Assembly: GCA_018826545.1 (NCBI GenBank)
Contig: JAHKAL010000050.1
Span: 1-34,563, forward strand
Length of the DNA stretch: 34,563 nt
Direction: 5' to 3'
Source: Patescibacteria group bacterium
GTDB taxonomy: Bacteria > Patescibacteriota > Microgenomatia > UBA8517
Position numbers and translations under genes: made by a program
Part shown: piece after piece, positions 16,109 to 25,791 of the stretch
How positions within the stretch are numbered: position 1 is the first letter of the stretch
Layout of the letters: each line of letters opens with the position of its first letter
Notes under the pieces: model-generated
Databases searched by the model: none
What the model saw: the letters and a program-made list of their open reading frames with translations, nothing else
What the model was told of the DNA's origin: nothing

Positions 16109-18133
16109 ATGAAACTAAGTTCACCTGTATCTGAACTTTCATTAGTAGGCTCTTACTATCAAAAAAAACTTTCAAAACTTGGCATAGTCACTGCATTAGA
16201 TTTAATTAACCATATTCCACATAGATATATTGACTTTAGCCAAACTTTTTTTATATCAAAAGTTAAAGTTGGAGATATCCTCACAGTAAAAGGAAAAGTG
16301 AAATCTGTTAAAAACCAATATACAAGAACAGTCAGAAAAATTCAGGTCGCAGAAATAGAAGATAGTACTGGCAGTATTTCAGCTGTCTGGTTTAACCAAC
16401 CATATTTAATAAATACTTTAAATAAAGGTGACACTGTTTCTTTATCCGGTAAAATCGATTGGTTTGGAAGAAAGGTAGCATTTATAAGCCCGGAATATGA
16501 AAAAAATGTAACAGGAAAGATTGGTCTTCATACAGGAAGACTAGTTCCAATTTACCCTGAAACATCAGGCCTTTCTTCTAAGTGGTTAAGGGGAAGAATG
16601 AAAGAAGCAATAATCCAAACTTCCAATGAAATTGAAGAGATTTTACCGAATGAAGTACTTAAAAAATATGATTTAGTTGAACTTAAAGATTCATATTATT
16701 TCGTTCATTTCCCAGAAAACTTCAAACAAGCTGAAGACGGTAGAAAGAGACTCGCTTTTGATGAACTTTTATATCTACACATTGCAAGTCTTAAAAGAAA
16801 ATTAGCTTGGCAAAAAAACGACTCTACTTTTGATTTAAAAATCGATAAAAAAGCTGTTCATACTTTTATCAAAAATCTTAGTTTTAAACTTACAAATTCC
16901 CAAGAAAAAATAGTAGATGAAATATTTTCTGATTTTTCCAAAAAATATCCTATGAATAGATTATTAGAAGGTGATGTGGGATCAGGAAAAACTGTTGTTG
17001 CAGCAATTGGAGCATTTATATCTTTCATAAATGGTTATCAAACTGTTTTTATGGCTCCAACACAAATACTGGCTCAACAACATTACAATACTCTAAAAGA
17101 GCTATTTGATCCCTATAAAGCAAGAATTTCACTTTTAACTTCGGGGCAAGTTAAAAAAGATTTAGGTAAAGAAGATATTTTTGTAGGTACTCATTCCTTA
17201 ATTAACAAAAATGCTCTTTTTGATAAAGTTTCATTGGTAGTTATTGATGAACAACAAAAATTTGGTGTTAATCAAAGAGAAAAACTTGTTAAAAAAGCTA
17301 GAAACAAAAAAATAAGTCCACACGTACTAAATTTAACAGCTACACCAATTCCAAGAACAGTAGCTCTTACTCTATATGGAGACTTAGATCTTTCTATTTT
17401 AGATGAACTTCCACCGAAAAGATTACCAATAACAACCTGGCTGGTTCCTCCCACAAAAAGACAGGGAGCATATAAATGGATCCAAAAAAACATACAAGAT
17501 AATAAGATTCAGGTTTACATAGTTTGTCCTTTAATTGAGGAGAGTCAAAAAGAAACAATGCAAACAGTAAAATCTGCAAAATCAGAGTTTGAAAAGTTAA
17601 AAAAAGTATTTCCAAATCTTTCACTGGATCTTATGCATGGAAAACTAAAATCAAAAGAAAAAGAAAATATAATAGAAAGGTTTAAGAAAGGAAAAACAGA
17701 TATTTTAGTATCAACACCCGTGGTTGAAGTGGGAATTGATGTAGGTAACGCAACAATTATGGTAATTGAGGCTGCTGAGCGATTTGGACTATCATCACTT
17801 CATCAATTAAGAGGTAGGGTAGGCAGGGGCACAAAAAAATCATATTGTCTTTTATTTACTGAGAGCAAAAGTGAAAAAGTTGTAACTAGGCTTTCTGCTA
17901 TGCAGAAGAATTTGAATGGTTTTGAGCTTGCTGAACTCGATCTAAAACTAAGAGGCCCCGGAGAAGTATTTGGCATTAAACAACATGGTTTTCCAGAGCT
18001 TAAAATCGCTTCCTGGCAGGATATTGGGTTAATTAAAAAAACCAAAAAAGTAGCCTTAGATGTTATTAAAAGTCCTAAAAAATATAAAGAGCTTCTAAAA
18101 GAAATTAATACCAGAAATAAATTTACTAATTAA
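16109..18133 (+). CDS. recG: ATP-dependent DNA helicase RecG
   Basis: WFNQPY wedge domain, RLAFDEL, MNRLLEGDVGSGKT, DEQQ, TATPIPRT, HQLRGRVGRG, DLKLRGPGE. Confidence 0.97.
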   Translation: MKLSSPVSELSLVGSYYQKKLSKLGIVTALDLINHIPHRYIDFSQTFFISKVKVGDILTVKGKVKSVKNQYTRTVRKIQVAEIEDSTGSISAVWFNQPYLINTLNKGDTVSLSGKIDWFGRKVAFISPEYEKNVTGKIGLHTGRLVPIYPETSGLSSKWLRGRMKEAIIQTSNEIEEILPNEVLKKYDLVELKDSYYFVHFPENFKQAEDGRKRLAFDELLYLHIASLKRKLAWQKNDSTFDLKIDKKAVHTFIKNLSFKLTNSQEKIVDEIFSDFSKKYPMNRLLEGDVGSGKTVVAAIGAFISFINGYQTVFMAPTQILAQQHYNTLKELFDPYKARISLLTSGQVKKDLGKEDIFVGTHSLINKNALFDKVSLVVIDEQQKFGVNQREKLVKKARNKKISPHVLNLTATPIPRTVALTLYGDLDLSILDELPPKRLPITTWLVPPTKRQGAYKWIQKNIQDNKIQVYIVCPLIEESQKETMQTVKSAKSEFEKLKKVFPNLSLDLMHGKLKSKEKENIIERFKKGKTDILVSTPVVEVGIDVGNATIMVIEAAERFGLSSLHQLRGRVGRGTKKSYCLLFTESKSEKVVTRLSAMQKNLNGFELAELDLKLRGPGEVFGIKQHGFPELKIASWQDIGLIKKTKKVALDVIKSPKKYKELLKEINTRNKFTN

Positions 18134-18143
18134 AAACTTACTA

Positions 18144-18173
18144 TTGCCAATTTACCCTCAATTAGGTTAAAAT
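18144..18173 (+). promoter_or_regulatory. Promoter of rpmF-nusB-acp-rnc (leaderless)
   Basis: TTGCCA-18 nt-TAAAAT, 7 nt before ATG 18181. Confidence 0.55.
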
Positions 18174-18180
18174 TTGCTCT

Positions 18181-18336
18181 ATGACACCGTTACCTAAAAA
18201 GAAACATACAAGATCAAGGTCAGCGACCAGAAAAATAAGCCAAAGGTTGTCACTTGGCTCTTTAGTTAAATGCCCAAATTGCAGTAAACTTAAATGGCCC
18301 CATAAGGCTTGTCCTTCTTGCGGCAAGTACAAATGA
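18181..18336 (+). CDS. rpmF: 50S ribosomal protein L32 (Zn-ribbon form)
   Basis: Not in the ORF track. [17 protein letters not shown]...CPNC...[12 protein letters not shown]. Confidence 0.95.
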   Translation: MTPLPKKKHTRSRSATRKISQRLSLGSLVKCPNCSKLKWPHKACPSCGKYK

Positions 18337-18692
18337 AAACTTCTCAAGATCCTAGACATAAAAAAAGACGAGAAATTGTAAAAACACTTTTTGCGGAAAC
18401 TTTTACTAAACAACCTATCAAAAATGAGGAAGTAAAAAAAATAATAAAAAACTTGAAAAAAATAGATAAACAAATTGAAAAATCAGCTCCACAATGGCCA
18501 GTTAATAAACTTAATAGAATTGATTTAGCAGTTTTAAGGCTAGCTGTATATGAACTTAATAAAGGTGACAATCCCCCTAAGGTAATAATTGATGAAGCGG
18601 TTGAACTGGCAAAAGAATATGGAAGTGAAAATTCAGGCTCGTTTATTAACGGTGTTTTAGGTACTATATTTAAGAAAGAAAAAAATGAATAA
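18333..18692 (+). CDS. nusB: Transcription antitermination factor NusB
   Basis: [37 protein letters not shown]. Its ATG overlaps the rpmF stop (ATGA). Confidence 0.95.
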   Translation: MKTSQDPRHKKRREIVKTLFAETFTKQPIKNEEVKKIIKNLKKIDKQIEKSAPQWPVNKLNRIDLAVLRLAVYELNKGDNPPKVIIDEAVELAKEYGSENSGSFINGVLGTIFKKEKNE

Positions 18693-18936
18693 TACAGAAC
18701 AAAAAATAAAAAACTTAGTAATTGGTAAACTTGCGGAGCATATCGGAGTTGAAACTGAGGACATTAATTTGCAAGATTCCTTAGTAGAAGATCTTCATCT
18801 TAATATTGCAGAAATTAGCGATTTATTACAAGAACTGTCCGAAGAGGGAATTGAAATAGAAGAAACAAATCTTAAAAGTATCGAGACTGTTTCAGATCTA
18901 ATTGATTATATATTGTCTCAACCTGGAATTATTTAA
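18685..18936 (+). CDS. Acyl carrier protein-like protein lacking the phosphopantetheine serine
   Basis: Acidic 83-aa protein aligning with AcpP (EHIGV..EDL...TVSDLIDYI). GADSLD is replaced by HLNIAE. Sits directly upstream of rnc. Confidence 0.8.
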   Translation: MNNTEQKIKNLVIGKLAEHIGVETEDINLQDSLVEDLHLNIAEISDLLQELSEEGIEIEETNLKSIETVSDLIDYILSQPGII

Positions 18937-18941
18937 ATACA

Positions 18942-19607
18942 ATGACTGACATTTCTGAATTAAAACCAATTTTTAAAAACCAAGATCTTTTAACACAAGC
19001 TCTGACTCACAAGTCTTGGGTAAATGAACATAAAAATCAAAGAGAATCCAATGAAAGATTAGAATTTTTAGGAGATGCTGTTTTGGAATTTATTGTTTCC
19101 AAAGAGATTTACGAAAGACATCCTGACAAAGAAGAAGGATTTTTAACTGCCCTAAGAGCAAATCTTGTTAATACACAAAACTTAGCCAATATTGCTAAAA
19201 AATTAAATGTGGGAAAAGTTATTTTTCTAGCTAAGGGTGAGGAAGATGGCGGAGGAAGAGAAAACTCTTCACTTTTGGCAGATACGGTCGAAGCTATAAT
19301 TGGAGCACTTTTTTTGGATCAAGGAGTTAAACCTGTTTATGAATTCATTAAAGAACACATTATTGCAGAAATTCCAGAAAAACTTTCAAAACCCCTAAAA
19401 GATGCAAAAAGCAGACTTCAGGAGTATATTCAATCACAAAAATTGCCAACACCAAAATACAAAGTTATAGAAGAATCGGGACCTGACCATAATAAAAAAT
19501 TTATTGTGGAAGTATCTGTAAAAGGTAGACACTTGGGCCAAGGAGAAGGAAAAAGCAAAAGTACAGCAGAACAAAAAGCTGCTGATAATGCTCTTTCACG
19601 CTTGTAA
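18942..19607 (+). CDS. rnc: Ribonuclease III
   Basis: ALTHKS, NERLEFLGDAVL, ADTVEAIIGA, dsRBD DAKSRLQE..GPDH..AEQKAA. Confidence 0.97.
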   Translation: MTDISELKPIFKNQDLLTQALTHKSWVNEHKNQRESNERLEFLGDAVLEFIVSKEIYERHPDKEEGFLTALRANLVNTQNLANIAKKLNVGKVIFLAKGEEDGGGRENSSLLADTVEAIIGALFLDQGVKPVYEFIKEHIIAEIPEKLSKPLKDAKSRLQEYIQSQKLPTPKYKVIEESGPDHNKKFIVEVSVKGRHLGQGEGKSKSTAEQKAADNALSRL

Positions 19608-19630
19608 AAGTAATTAAATTGCACTAAAAT
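19602..19630 (+). promoter_or_regulatory. rpsP promoter (leaderless)
   Basis: TTGTAA-17 nt-TAAAAT, 8 nt before the ATG. Confidence 0.5.
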
Positions 19631-19638
19631 TTACGACT

Positions 19639-19860
19639 ATGGTAATCATTAGACTAGAAAGAAAGGGAAAAAGAAATCACCCATTTTATAGAATAGTTGC
19701 AACCGACAAAAGAAAAAAAATCGGTGGACGTTCACTGGAAAATTTGGGTTTCTGGGATCCACATACAAATGAAATCAGTATTAAGAAAGATTTGGTTAAA
19801 AAATGGGTTGGAAAAGGTGCAAAAATTTCAGAAGCGGTTAAAAAATTAATGGAAAAATAA
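19639..19860 (+). CDS. rpsP: 30S ribosomal protein S16
   Basis: MVIIRLERKGKRNHPFYRIVATD..GR..ENLGFWDP..W..KGA. Confidence 0.96.
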   Translation: MVIIRLERKGKRNHPFYRIVATDKRKKIGGRSLENLGFWDPHTNEISIKKDLVKKWVGKGAKISEAVKKLMEK

Positions 19861-19861
19861 T

Positions 19862-20107
19862 ATGAAAGAACTTCTTGAATATATTCTAAAAGAAATAACA
19901 AACAGCGATTCTGTTCAGGCAACCGAAGATATAGATGAGAATTTTTCAAAATTAACTATCTTTTCTCCCAAAGAGTTTATGGGAATTATTATTGGAAAAG
20001 AAGGAAGAATAATTAAAGCCATAAGAAACTTACTCAAAGTAAGAGCAACCTTAGAAAAAAAGGGTGTTAATGTCTCCATTGAAGAAAAAGAAGTAGTTAC
20101 TCTTTAA
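19862..20107 (+). CDS. khpA: KH-domain RNA-binding protein KhpA
   Basis: MGIIIGKEGRIIKAIR (GxxG KH loop); canonical position after rpsP. Confidence 0.88.
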   Translation: MKELLEYILKEITNSDSVQATEDIDENFSKLTIFSPKEFMGIIIGKEGRIIKAIRNLLKVRATLEKKGVNVSIEEKEVVTL

Positions 20108-20110
20108 TTT

Positions 20111-20806
20111 TTATTCAAAAGGATTTATCCTTTCGCTAGGTACTGAAGGATAAATTGTTGAAAAAGGAGGTAGAGTTAATTCGGATATTTTAGTTATCAT
20201 ATTAAGCTCCTCTTCAGTAAAATCACTTAAGGGTTGAGTTATCGCAGGAATTTTAGTAGGGTAGGGAGCCCAATAACTTCTCAGAGTTACTGATGCTCTG
20301 TACATTCCTGATGACTGATTAAGTTCAAGTTTCTCACAACTTACAATTGGCGCAAAATTTTCTATGACTTTAAAAAAAGAAATAATATTTTCCAAACTTC
20401 CATTCAAGTCAAAATTCAAGTCAACCCTAGAATATGTTTTCCCTTTGGACTCGGAACCCCCTTTAAGATTTTCTACATATAGACCGCTAAAGGAAGATTG
20501 GTTTTTAATTTGATAAATTACTGAAAGAGCGGGATTAGTGTCAGGAAGGGCAAGTGAAAAAAATTGTATATCATCTGACAGAGTTTGTGAAACTACAGAT
20601 AAAGTTTCTTTCTTTTTTTGAAGAATTGATATAGTTTTTCCAATATCTTTTATTTGTTTTCTTTGTTCGGTAATTTTATTAAAACCAATTTTACTAGTAA
20701 ATAAAAAACAAAAGACAATTCCAATAAGAGATAAAAGTGGTATACCCAATCTTTTTAAATTTGGCGATATTACTTTAAAAGTTGCTATTTTCCCCTGTTT
20801 TTTCAT
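20111..20806 (-). CDS. Type IV pilus alignment protein, PilO-like
   Basis: TM helix, coiled coil, LP motif, GSLENIISFFKVIEN; third gene after pilM. Confidence 0.65.
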   Translation of the reverse strand: MKKQGKIATFKVISPNLKRLGIPLLSLIGIVFCFLFTSKIGFNKITEQRKQIKDIGKTISILQKKKETLSVVSQTLSDDIQFFSLALPDTNPALSVIYQIKNQSSFSGLYVENLKGGSESKGKTYSRVDLNFDLNGSLENIISFFKVIENFAPIVSCEKLELNQSSGMYRASVTLRSYWAPYPTKIPAITQPLSDFTEEELNMITKISELTLPPFSTIYPSVPSERINPFE

Positions 20807-20808
20807 AT

Positions 20809-21339
20809 TTAGTCTACATATCCTTCAAAAGTAATCCTAAATCCATAGTTAGGATTAAAAGAAAAATTTTTAAGTCTTATGGTCTTATAGATATCCGAAG
20901 AAACAAGATAGACCATAAATTTAGAAACAGATAAAGAGGAGTAAGCTTCTGTGGTAACTTCACTTTTTGCTGAAGAAATTTTAGCATCTTTAATTAAAAC
21001 TCCTTCGGATAAATTTATACTAAGTTCTTCAAAACTCTCAAGTGGTTTTTTAATACCTTGCAGTTTCCAAATATCTTTAATCTTGGCCATTCTATCTTTG
21101 GCAAGAATAACTTGCTGCTCCGTCTTTTGATATTCATTTATTTCCTTGGAAAGGATATCCTTTTGGGTATTTAAAGTTTTGATCTTTGAATTATCAATAA
21201 TAAAAATGCCCAAGAAAGTTAAAATAGAGATTAAAAAAACAGCAACTACAACATATAAAACTTTAGTCAAAATATTAACCAGTCTTAAAAGGGATTTTTT
21301 AGGAGATAAATCAGGGGGTAAAAGATTAATTTTTGGCAT
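20809..21339 (-). CDS. pilN: Type IV pilus alignment protein PilN
   Basis: N-terminal INLLP PilM-binding motif, TM helix, coiled coil. Confidence 0.8.
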   Translation of the reverse strand: MPKINLLPPDLSPKKSLLRLVNILTKVLYVVVAVFLISILTFLGIFIIDNSKIKTLNTQKDILSKEINEYQKTEQQVILAKDRMAKIKDIWKLQGIKKPLESFEELSINLSEGVLIKDAKISSAKSEVTTEAYSSLSVSKFMVYLVSSDIYKTIRLKNFSFNPNYGFRITFEGYVD

Positions 21340-21351
21340 ATAAAATTTTTA

Positions 21352-22368
21352 TTAAATATCCGTCATAGCTAAACCAACAGCAATTGAATATAAAGGAGCA
21401 TATGGTGCAACTACTTTAGAAACCTCGGGAGTTAGACTAACTCTGGAAAAAGGATTTCCAACAACTATTTCCAAACCTAATGCCTTACTTAAATAAGAAA
21501 CAGCTTCAGGTAGCCCCGAAGATCCACCAGAAAGAATAACAGCCGAAGGAGCATCTCCTTTTTCTTCGGTTTGATAATAATAAATTGCTTTCTTAATTTC
21601 ATCAGAAACCAAACGAACAATAGGATCAAGTGCACCTTTTATTTTTCCTTCAAGTTGTGAAGAAGAAAGTCCATAAGCTTTTTTATATTCTTCCGCCTGC
21701 TGAGGGGTAACATTAAGATTTTGGGCAACAGCTCGAGTAAAAGCATTTCCCGCAGTGGGAATTGAACGAGAAAAAGAAAGAATCCCTTTATCACAAATGG
21801 CTATGTCGGTGGAGCTTGCACCAAAATCAATAATTAAAGAAACTCTATCTTTTGGTGCTAAAACTCTACTTAAAGCTAAAAGTTCTGTCTCTGCTTTAAT
21901 AGTATTTAAGCCCGCACTTTGAAGAAGTTTTACATAAATCTCAACCAAGTTCCTAGAAACTGCAACAAGTAAAACCTTTACACCAGAACCAACTTCTCTT
22001 TCATTTCTCGAAATTATCTGATGTTGAATTATTGCTTCAGAAATTGGAATCGGAATATATTGTTCTGCTTCCCATTTGATTGCTGATGCAATCTCTTGAT
22101 CTGTAAGGAGAGGAAACTTAATTATTCTTGTAAATACTTTTTCCTCAGGAATTGCAATAGTAACATCTTTTGAAGAAATTTGAGCCTCTTTGTGGAGTTT
22201 TTTTATAACTTGAGCTAAATCACCAAGTTCTTTTTCCTCCTTAAATCTATCTGGAGAAGCACCCTTAAAACCAATAATACCAGAACCGCTAAGCTTGAAA
22301 GAATTTCCTTCTTTTTTAAGCTCAACAATTTTAATTGTTTTAGATCCTATATCAAGTCCAACACCCAT
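21352..22368 (-). CDS. pilM: Type IV pilus assembly protein PilM
   Basis: GLDIGSKTIKIVEL, WEAEQYIP, IDFGASST, LSGGSS, NPF, AVGLA (actin-like fold). Confidence 0.93.
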   Translation of the reverse strand: MGVGLDIGSKTIKIVELKKEGNSFKLSGSGIIGFKGASPDRFKEEKELGDLAQVIKKLHKEAQISSKDVTIAIPEEKVFTRIIKFPLLTDQEIASAIKWEAEQYIPIPISEAIIQHQIISRNEREVGSGVKVLLVAVSRNLVEIYVKLLQSAGLNTIKAETELLALSRVLAPKDRVSLIIDFGASSTDIAICDKGILSFSRSIPTAGNAFTRAVAQNLNVTPQQAEEYKKAYGLSSSQLEGKIKGALDPIVRLVSDEIKKAIYYYQTEEKGDAPSAVILSGGSSGLPEAVSYLSKALGLEIVVGNPFSRVSLTPEVSKVVAPYAPLYSIAVGLAMTDI

Positions 22369-22451
22369 AGGCAGATTAAATTAATTATAGCTGAATTTTA
22401 GTTTAATATCATGAAAGATTCTGGTCAATGGAGAGAAAAACTAATCAAGAT

Positions 22452-22475
22452 TTACTTCTGTAAAACAAGCCTCAT
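22452..22475 (-). pseudogene. Possible scar of a D-aminoacyl-tRNA deacylase (dtd) gene
   Basis: ATG overlaps the upstream TAA and reads MRLVLQK*. Restoring one base gives MRLVLQRV, like the Dtd N-terminus MRxVxQRV. Confidence 0.3.
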
Positions 22476-23368
22476 TACTTAACCACTTCATTCAAACTAA
22501 ATATTGCGGACTCAAAAATTGGTGGAATTTTTGCATAAGGTTCAAACACTTTAATTTTTCTATTTGCATCCCCAGAAGAACCAAAAGAATCTATTAAATT
22601 TCCTTGGGAAGGTAAAACCTTATTACCAGGATAGTTGGCAAATATACCAATAGAATTAGCCTCAGAAGTATTATAAATTGAACGAATATTCATAAATTGA
22701 AGACCATTTTGCTGACTGTAAACATTTGCTGGAATACCTAAATCATTAAAAACTAATATCTTTTGAAATTGATAATTTTCTCCTGCTATGTTGCAAGTTC
22801 CAGGATCAGGTTCACTGAAAGAATTAGATAACCTTCTACTGGAATTTGGATCCACCGCCTCACGAGCAATTGTTGTTGTTGAATAATCACCAACTACCGA
22901 AGTGTAAAAAATACTAAGTTCAAGAGCTGGAGTTTGTCCAGAATCCAAAGCACTACCTTCTTTGCCCCAACAAATCTTAATTGTGTTTCCTGTAAAACAA
23001 GGTTTTTCCTCTGAACATATAAAACCATTATTCTCATCATGGACAACAAACCAAATTGTTATAGATTCTCCTGAAAATAAAAAGGAAGGGTAATTAAATT
23101 CTTTTTCTCCTTCTGCTACAGCAGATACTCCTACATTATAGGAAGCATTTCCAATTTCGGTTGAACCGATACTGGATCCTATTATTAAGGCTTGTTCAAC
23201 TCCAGCCTCGGCTGCAGAAAAAGCTCTTAGCGAATCTTCATCTTGAGAAGAAACTGATACATCTGTTATTGACCGAGCCAATATTGAAAGAACTACTACC
23301 AAAACTACTGACATTGAAAGTAAAACTATTAGAAGAGCTTGTCCTTTCTGTAATTTCTTTTTATTCAT
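22475..23368 (-). CDS. Minor pilin, PilX/GspK-like
   Basis: KG|QALLIVLL with no Glu5, plus AFSAAEAGVE typical of the PilX N-terminus. Confidence 0.8.
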   Translation of the reverse strand: MNKKKLQKGQALLIVLLSMSVVLVVVLSILARSITDVSVSSQDEDSLRAFSAAEAGVEQALIIGSSIGSTEIGNASYNVGVSAVAEGEKEFNYPSFLFSGESITIWFVVHDENNGFICSEEKPCFTGNTIKICWGKEGSALDSGQTPALELSIFYTSVVGDYSTTTIAREAVDPNSSRRLSNSFSEPDPGTCNIAGENYQFQKILVFNDLGIPANVYSQQNGLQFMNIRSIYNTSEANSIGIFANYPGNKVLPSQGNLIDSFGSSGDANRKIKVFEPYAKIPPIFESAIFSLNEVVK

Positions 23369-23416
23369 CTTAAATTAAGTGTAACAATTAATAATACTTC
23401 AAATCAATTTTTTAGT

Positions 23417-23917
23417 TTAATTATTTCTCAAATAGATTTTTGTAGTTGATGAAAACCTTCCTCTTTCAACTAGACTGGAATTTGTATCTTCTGCAACTAT
23501 AGTTATAGTAACTGAAGGAGAATTTCCGGATGTTCCTTCAATACATTCAAAAGAACAACCTGTAATATCAATCTCTTCTGTATTTAATCTCCCAGATCCT
23601 GAAGCTATATAACCTAAAACATCAGAACTCTCGCAACTAAAACTTCCTAAATTTCCATCCTCATCCATATATTCAATAAGTGAAGTATCTTCTGGATTTG
23701 GACAATTTGTAATAGATTGAGCACTTCTTAACTGCCTTTGAATTATTGAAAGAAAATAATTAACATTATCTCTTATTTTAATAGAGGAACTACTTTTGTT
23801 TGTGCTCCTAAGAGTCAAAAAAACTATACTCGTTACAAGAACCCCTAATATTGTAAACACTGTAATAGTGACTAAAATCTCAATTAAAGATAATCCTTTT
23901 TTATTTTTTTCTTTCAT
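23417..23917 (-). CDS. Minor pilin, PilW/GspJ-like
   Basis: KG|LSLIE prepilin motif. Confidence 0.8.
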   Translation of the reverse strand: MKEKNKKGLSLIEILVTITVFTILGVLVTSIVFLTLRSTNKSSSSIKIRDNVNYFLSIIQRQLRSAQSITNCPNPEDTSLIEYMDEDGNLGSFSCESSDVLGYIASGSGRLNTEEIDITGCSFECIEGTSGNSPSVTITIVAEDTNSSLVERGRFSSTTKIYLRNN

Positions 23918-23920
23918 TAG

Positions 23921-24361
23921 TTAATGCCAATTAGTTAGGTAAGTCGACGAATTTATTTCATGATATCCACCTGCATCTATCCAATAAATTCTAACAGTAA
24001 CTTCAATAGTAGATTGATCAACCAAAGAAAAATCAACCTCCCTTTTTAAAAAAGTATCTGAAATATATTCTTCACTGTTACAATTTCTGCTATTTGCAGT
24101 ATCCCAATTAAGCTCAGGAAGACACCATGTCAAACTTTCTGCTCTTTGAGAAAAATCATCCCATGAATTATCTCTTTCACCCCTTAACCATTCAAGAGTT
24201 GTTTCAGAAAGCCTTGTTGAAAACGTTTGGTTTTTTGAAAAGGAACTATTAGTTATCGAAATGCTAGCAGCTGCAACAACTGTAACCATTATTAAAGTTA
24301 TAAGACCAAGTGCCAATACAACCTCCATAAGAGATTGACCTAAAATATTCCTTTTTTTCAT
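23921..24361 (-). CDS. Minor pilin, PilV/GspI-like
   Basis: G|QSLME prepilin motif; LEWLR..R and VTVRIYW. Confidence 0.75.
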   Translation of the reverse strand: MKKRNILGQSLMEVVLALGLITLIMVTVVAAASISITNSSFSKNQTFSTRLSETTLEWLRGERDNSWDDFSQRAESLTWCLPELNWDTANSRNCNSEEYISDTFLKREVDFSLVDQSTIEVTVRIYWIDAGGYHEINSSTYLTNWH

Positions 24362-24834
24362 TTTATTTCTCCTGACTTAGTAATATATATAGAAGAAATA
24401 TTTCCAGTACTTTCTTGGATTATTTGAACTTCAATATCAGAAGATAAATTAGTACCTTTGCTTAGAACTTTAAAAAAAATAGAATTGTAAGAAACAAAAG
24501 ATAAATCATCTTGCACATCCACATCTTTTATTTCAACTGTTCCTCCAGAACATAGAGCTTCTACTTTATAACTTTGATTTGATATGATTTTAAAATTATA
24601 ACCACTTAAAGTATTAGGACTATCACAAAAGACATTGTTTGGTTTTTCACCAGATATAGACATTTCTCTTGCCAAAGATAAATCTCCTTTAACTTTTCTA
24701 GTAAATGAAACCAAAACTTGTCTTCTTGAGTACTTCCTAAAACTAGCATATCCAATGGAAAAAAGAATTGACATTATAATCATTCCTACAAGAAGCTCGA
24801 TTAATGTGTAACCTTTGTTTTGAAGTTCAGACAT
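24358..24834 (-). CDS. Minor pilin, FimU/GspH-like
   Basis: KG|YTLIE, LSLAREMS, C-terminal ITKSGEI. Confidence 0.8.
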   Translation of the reverse strand: MSELQNKGYTLIELLVGMIIMSILFSIGYASFRKYSRRQVLVSFTRKVKGDLSLAREMSISGEKPNNVFCDSPNTLSGYNFKIISNQSYKVEALCSGGTVEIKDVDVQDDLSFVSYNSIFFKVLSKGTNLSSDIEVQIIQESTGNISSIYITKSGEIK

Positions 24835-24875
24835 TACTTAAATATACAACATTAAAGATGCTTAAATATAAAAAC

Positions 24876-25340
24876 TTAAGGATTTTCTACCTTATAGTTA
24901 CAAGTTTCACCACAATTTGAACTTCCTCCGCATGTTACGCTAGTTCCTGTAACATTCTCTAAAGAAGTACATATCTCATAAGTTATTCCATCTGAAAAAT
25001 ACCTATAAGTTCTTGTTGGATCCTGTGGATCTGTCGGAACATTATTAATATATTCATTATCGATTAAACAGGAATCAGTGCTATCATTCCCAATAAGGGT
25101 GGTAGTGCCAAGTAAATCTGAAGTAGGGTATTCTCCACAATCTGCTCTATATATTTCAATACCAGATCGAATCAATTCTAAATCAGATTTTCTTTTTGCA
25201 TCACGTCCAGATTTTTTAGAGTTCTGAAAAGAAAAAAGGGATAATCCCATAAGAATCCCGATTATAGAGACCACAACTAAAAGTTCAATTAAAGTAAAAC
25301 CTTTATTTTTATCCATAAATAATTTATTTTTCAACTTCAT
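24876..25340 (-). CDS. Type IV pilin-like protein (PulG-like paralog 1)
   Basis: KG|FTLIE...RDAKRKSDL...YP...PTDP...LEN. Confidence 0.85.
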   Translation of the reverse strand: MKLKNKLFMDKNKGFTLIELLVVVSIIGILMGLSLFSFQNSKKSGRDAKRKSDLELIRSGIEIYRADCGEYPTSDLLGTTTLIGNDSTDSCLIDNEYINNVPTDPQDPTRTYRYFSDGITYEICTSLENVTGTSVTCGGSSNCGETCNYKVENP

Positions 25341-25347
25341 AGTTTGT

Positions 25348-25791
25348 TTATATTGGACAATTTACACTTGTAGGTACACTTGTAACAGCACCCACCATTC
25401 CAGATGAACAGATAACCCAATATCCATCAGCTGACTCTGATTCAAACCATAAAAGATAATCAGTCGCATCATTTGCAGAACCCCCTGAACCATTGGAGAT
25501 ATAAGAATAGCTATAATTTGGCTCTTTCGGATCATCTGGACAAGTCCCAGAAATGTCAAAACTACTACACATTGAAGAAGGTGAAATAGTAGATGTTTTC
25601 GAAGGATAAAGACTATTGTGTTGATTAGCAAAATTTTCCAAAGCAGTTTGATATTGTTTTAAGTCAGATTTCCTTTGAGTGTCTCTTGCTTGTTTTTGTG
25701 AAGGGCCAAAAGAAACCAAAGCCAAAGCAGCAAGTACTCCAATTATAGAAATCACTACTAATAATTCAATTAAAGTAAAACCTTTTTTCAT
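25348..25791 (-). CDS. Type IV pilin-like protein (paralog 2)
   Basis: MKKG|FTLIE...RDTQRKSDL. Start 25791 overlaps the upstream stop (ATGA). Confidence 0.85.
   Translation of the reverse strand: MKKGFTLIELLVVISIIGVLAALALVSFGPSQKQARDTQRKSDLKQYQTALENFANQHNSLYPSKTSTISPSSMCSSFDISGTCPDDPKEPNYSYSYISNGSGGSANDATDYLLWFESESADGYWVICSSGMVGAVTSVPTSVNCPI

Noticed and set aside
17245..17256. RecG motif II DEQQ instead of DEQH
   Set aside because: Single substitution outside the catalytic DE; all other helicase motifs are intact.
18162..18571. Minus-strand ORFs 18162-18473 and 18344-18571, and the TTG-extended nusB start at 18309
   Set aside because: The region is explained by rpmF (18181-18336) and nusB from ATG 18333.
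18775..18783. DSL tripeptide in the ACP-like protein as the pantetheine site
   Set aside because: It aligns to E. coli ASF (Ser27) before EDL, not to the helix II Ser36 position.
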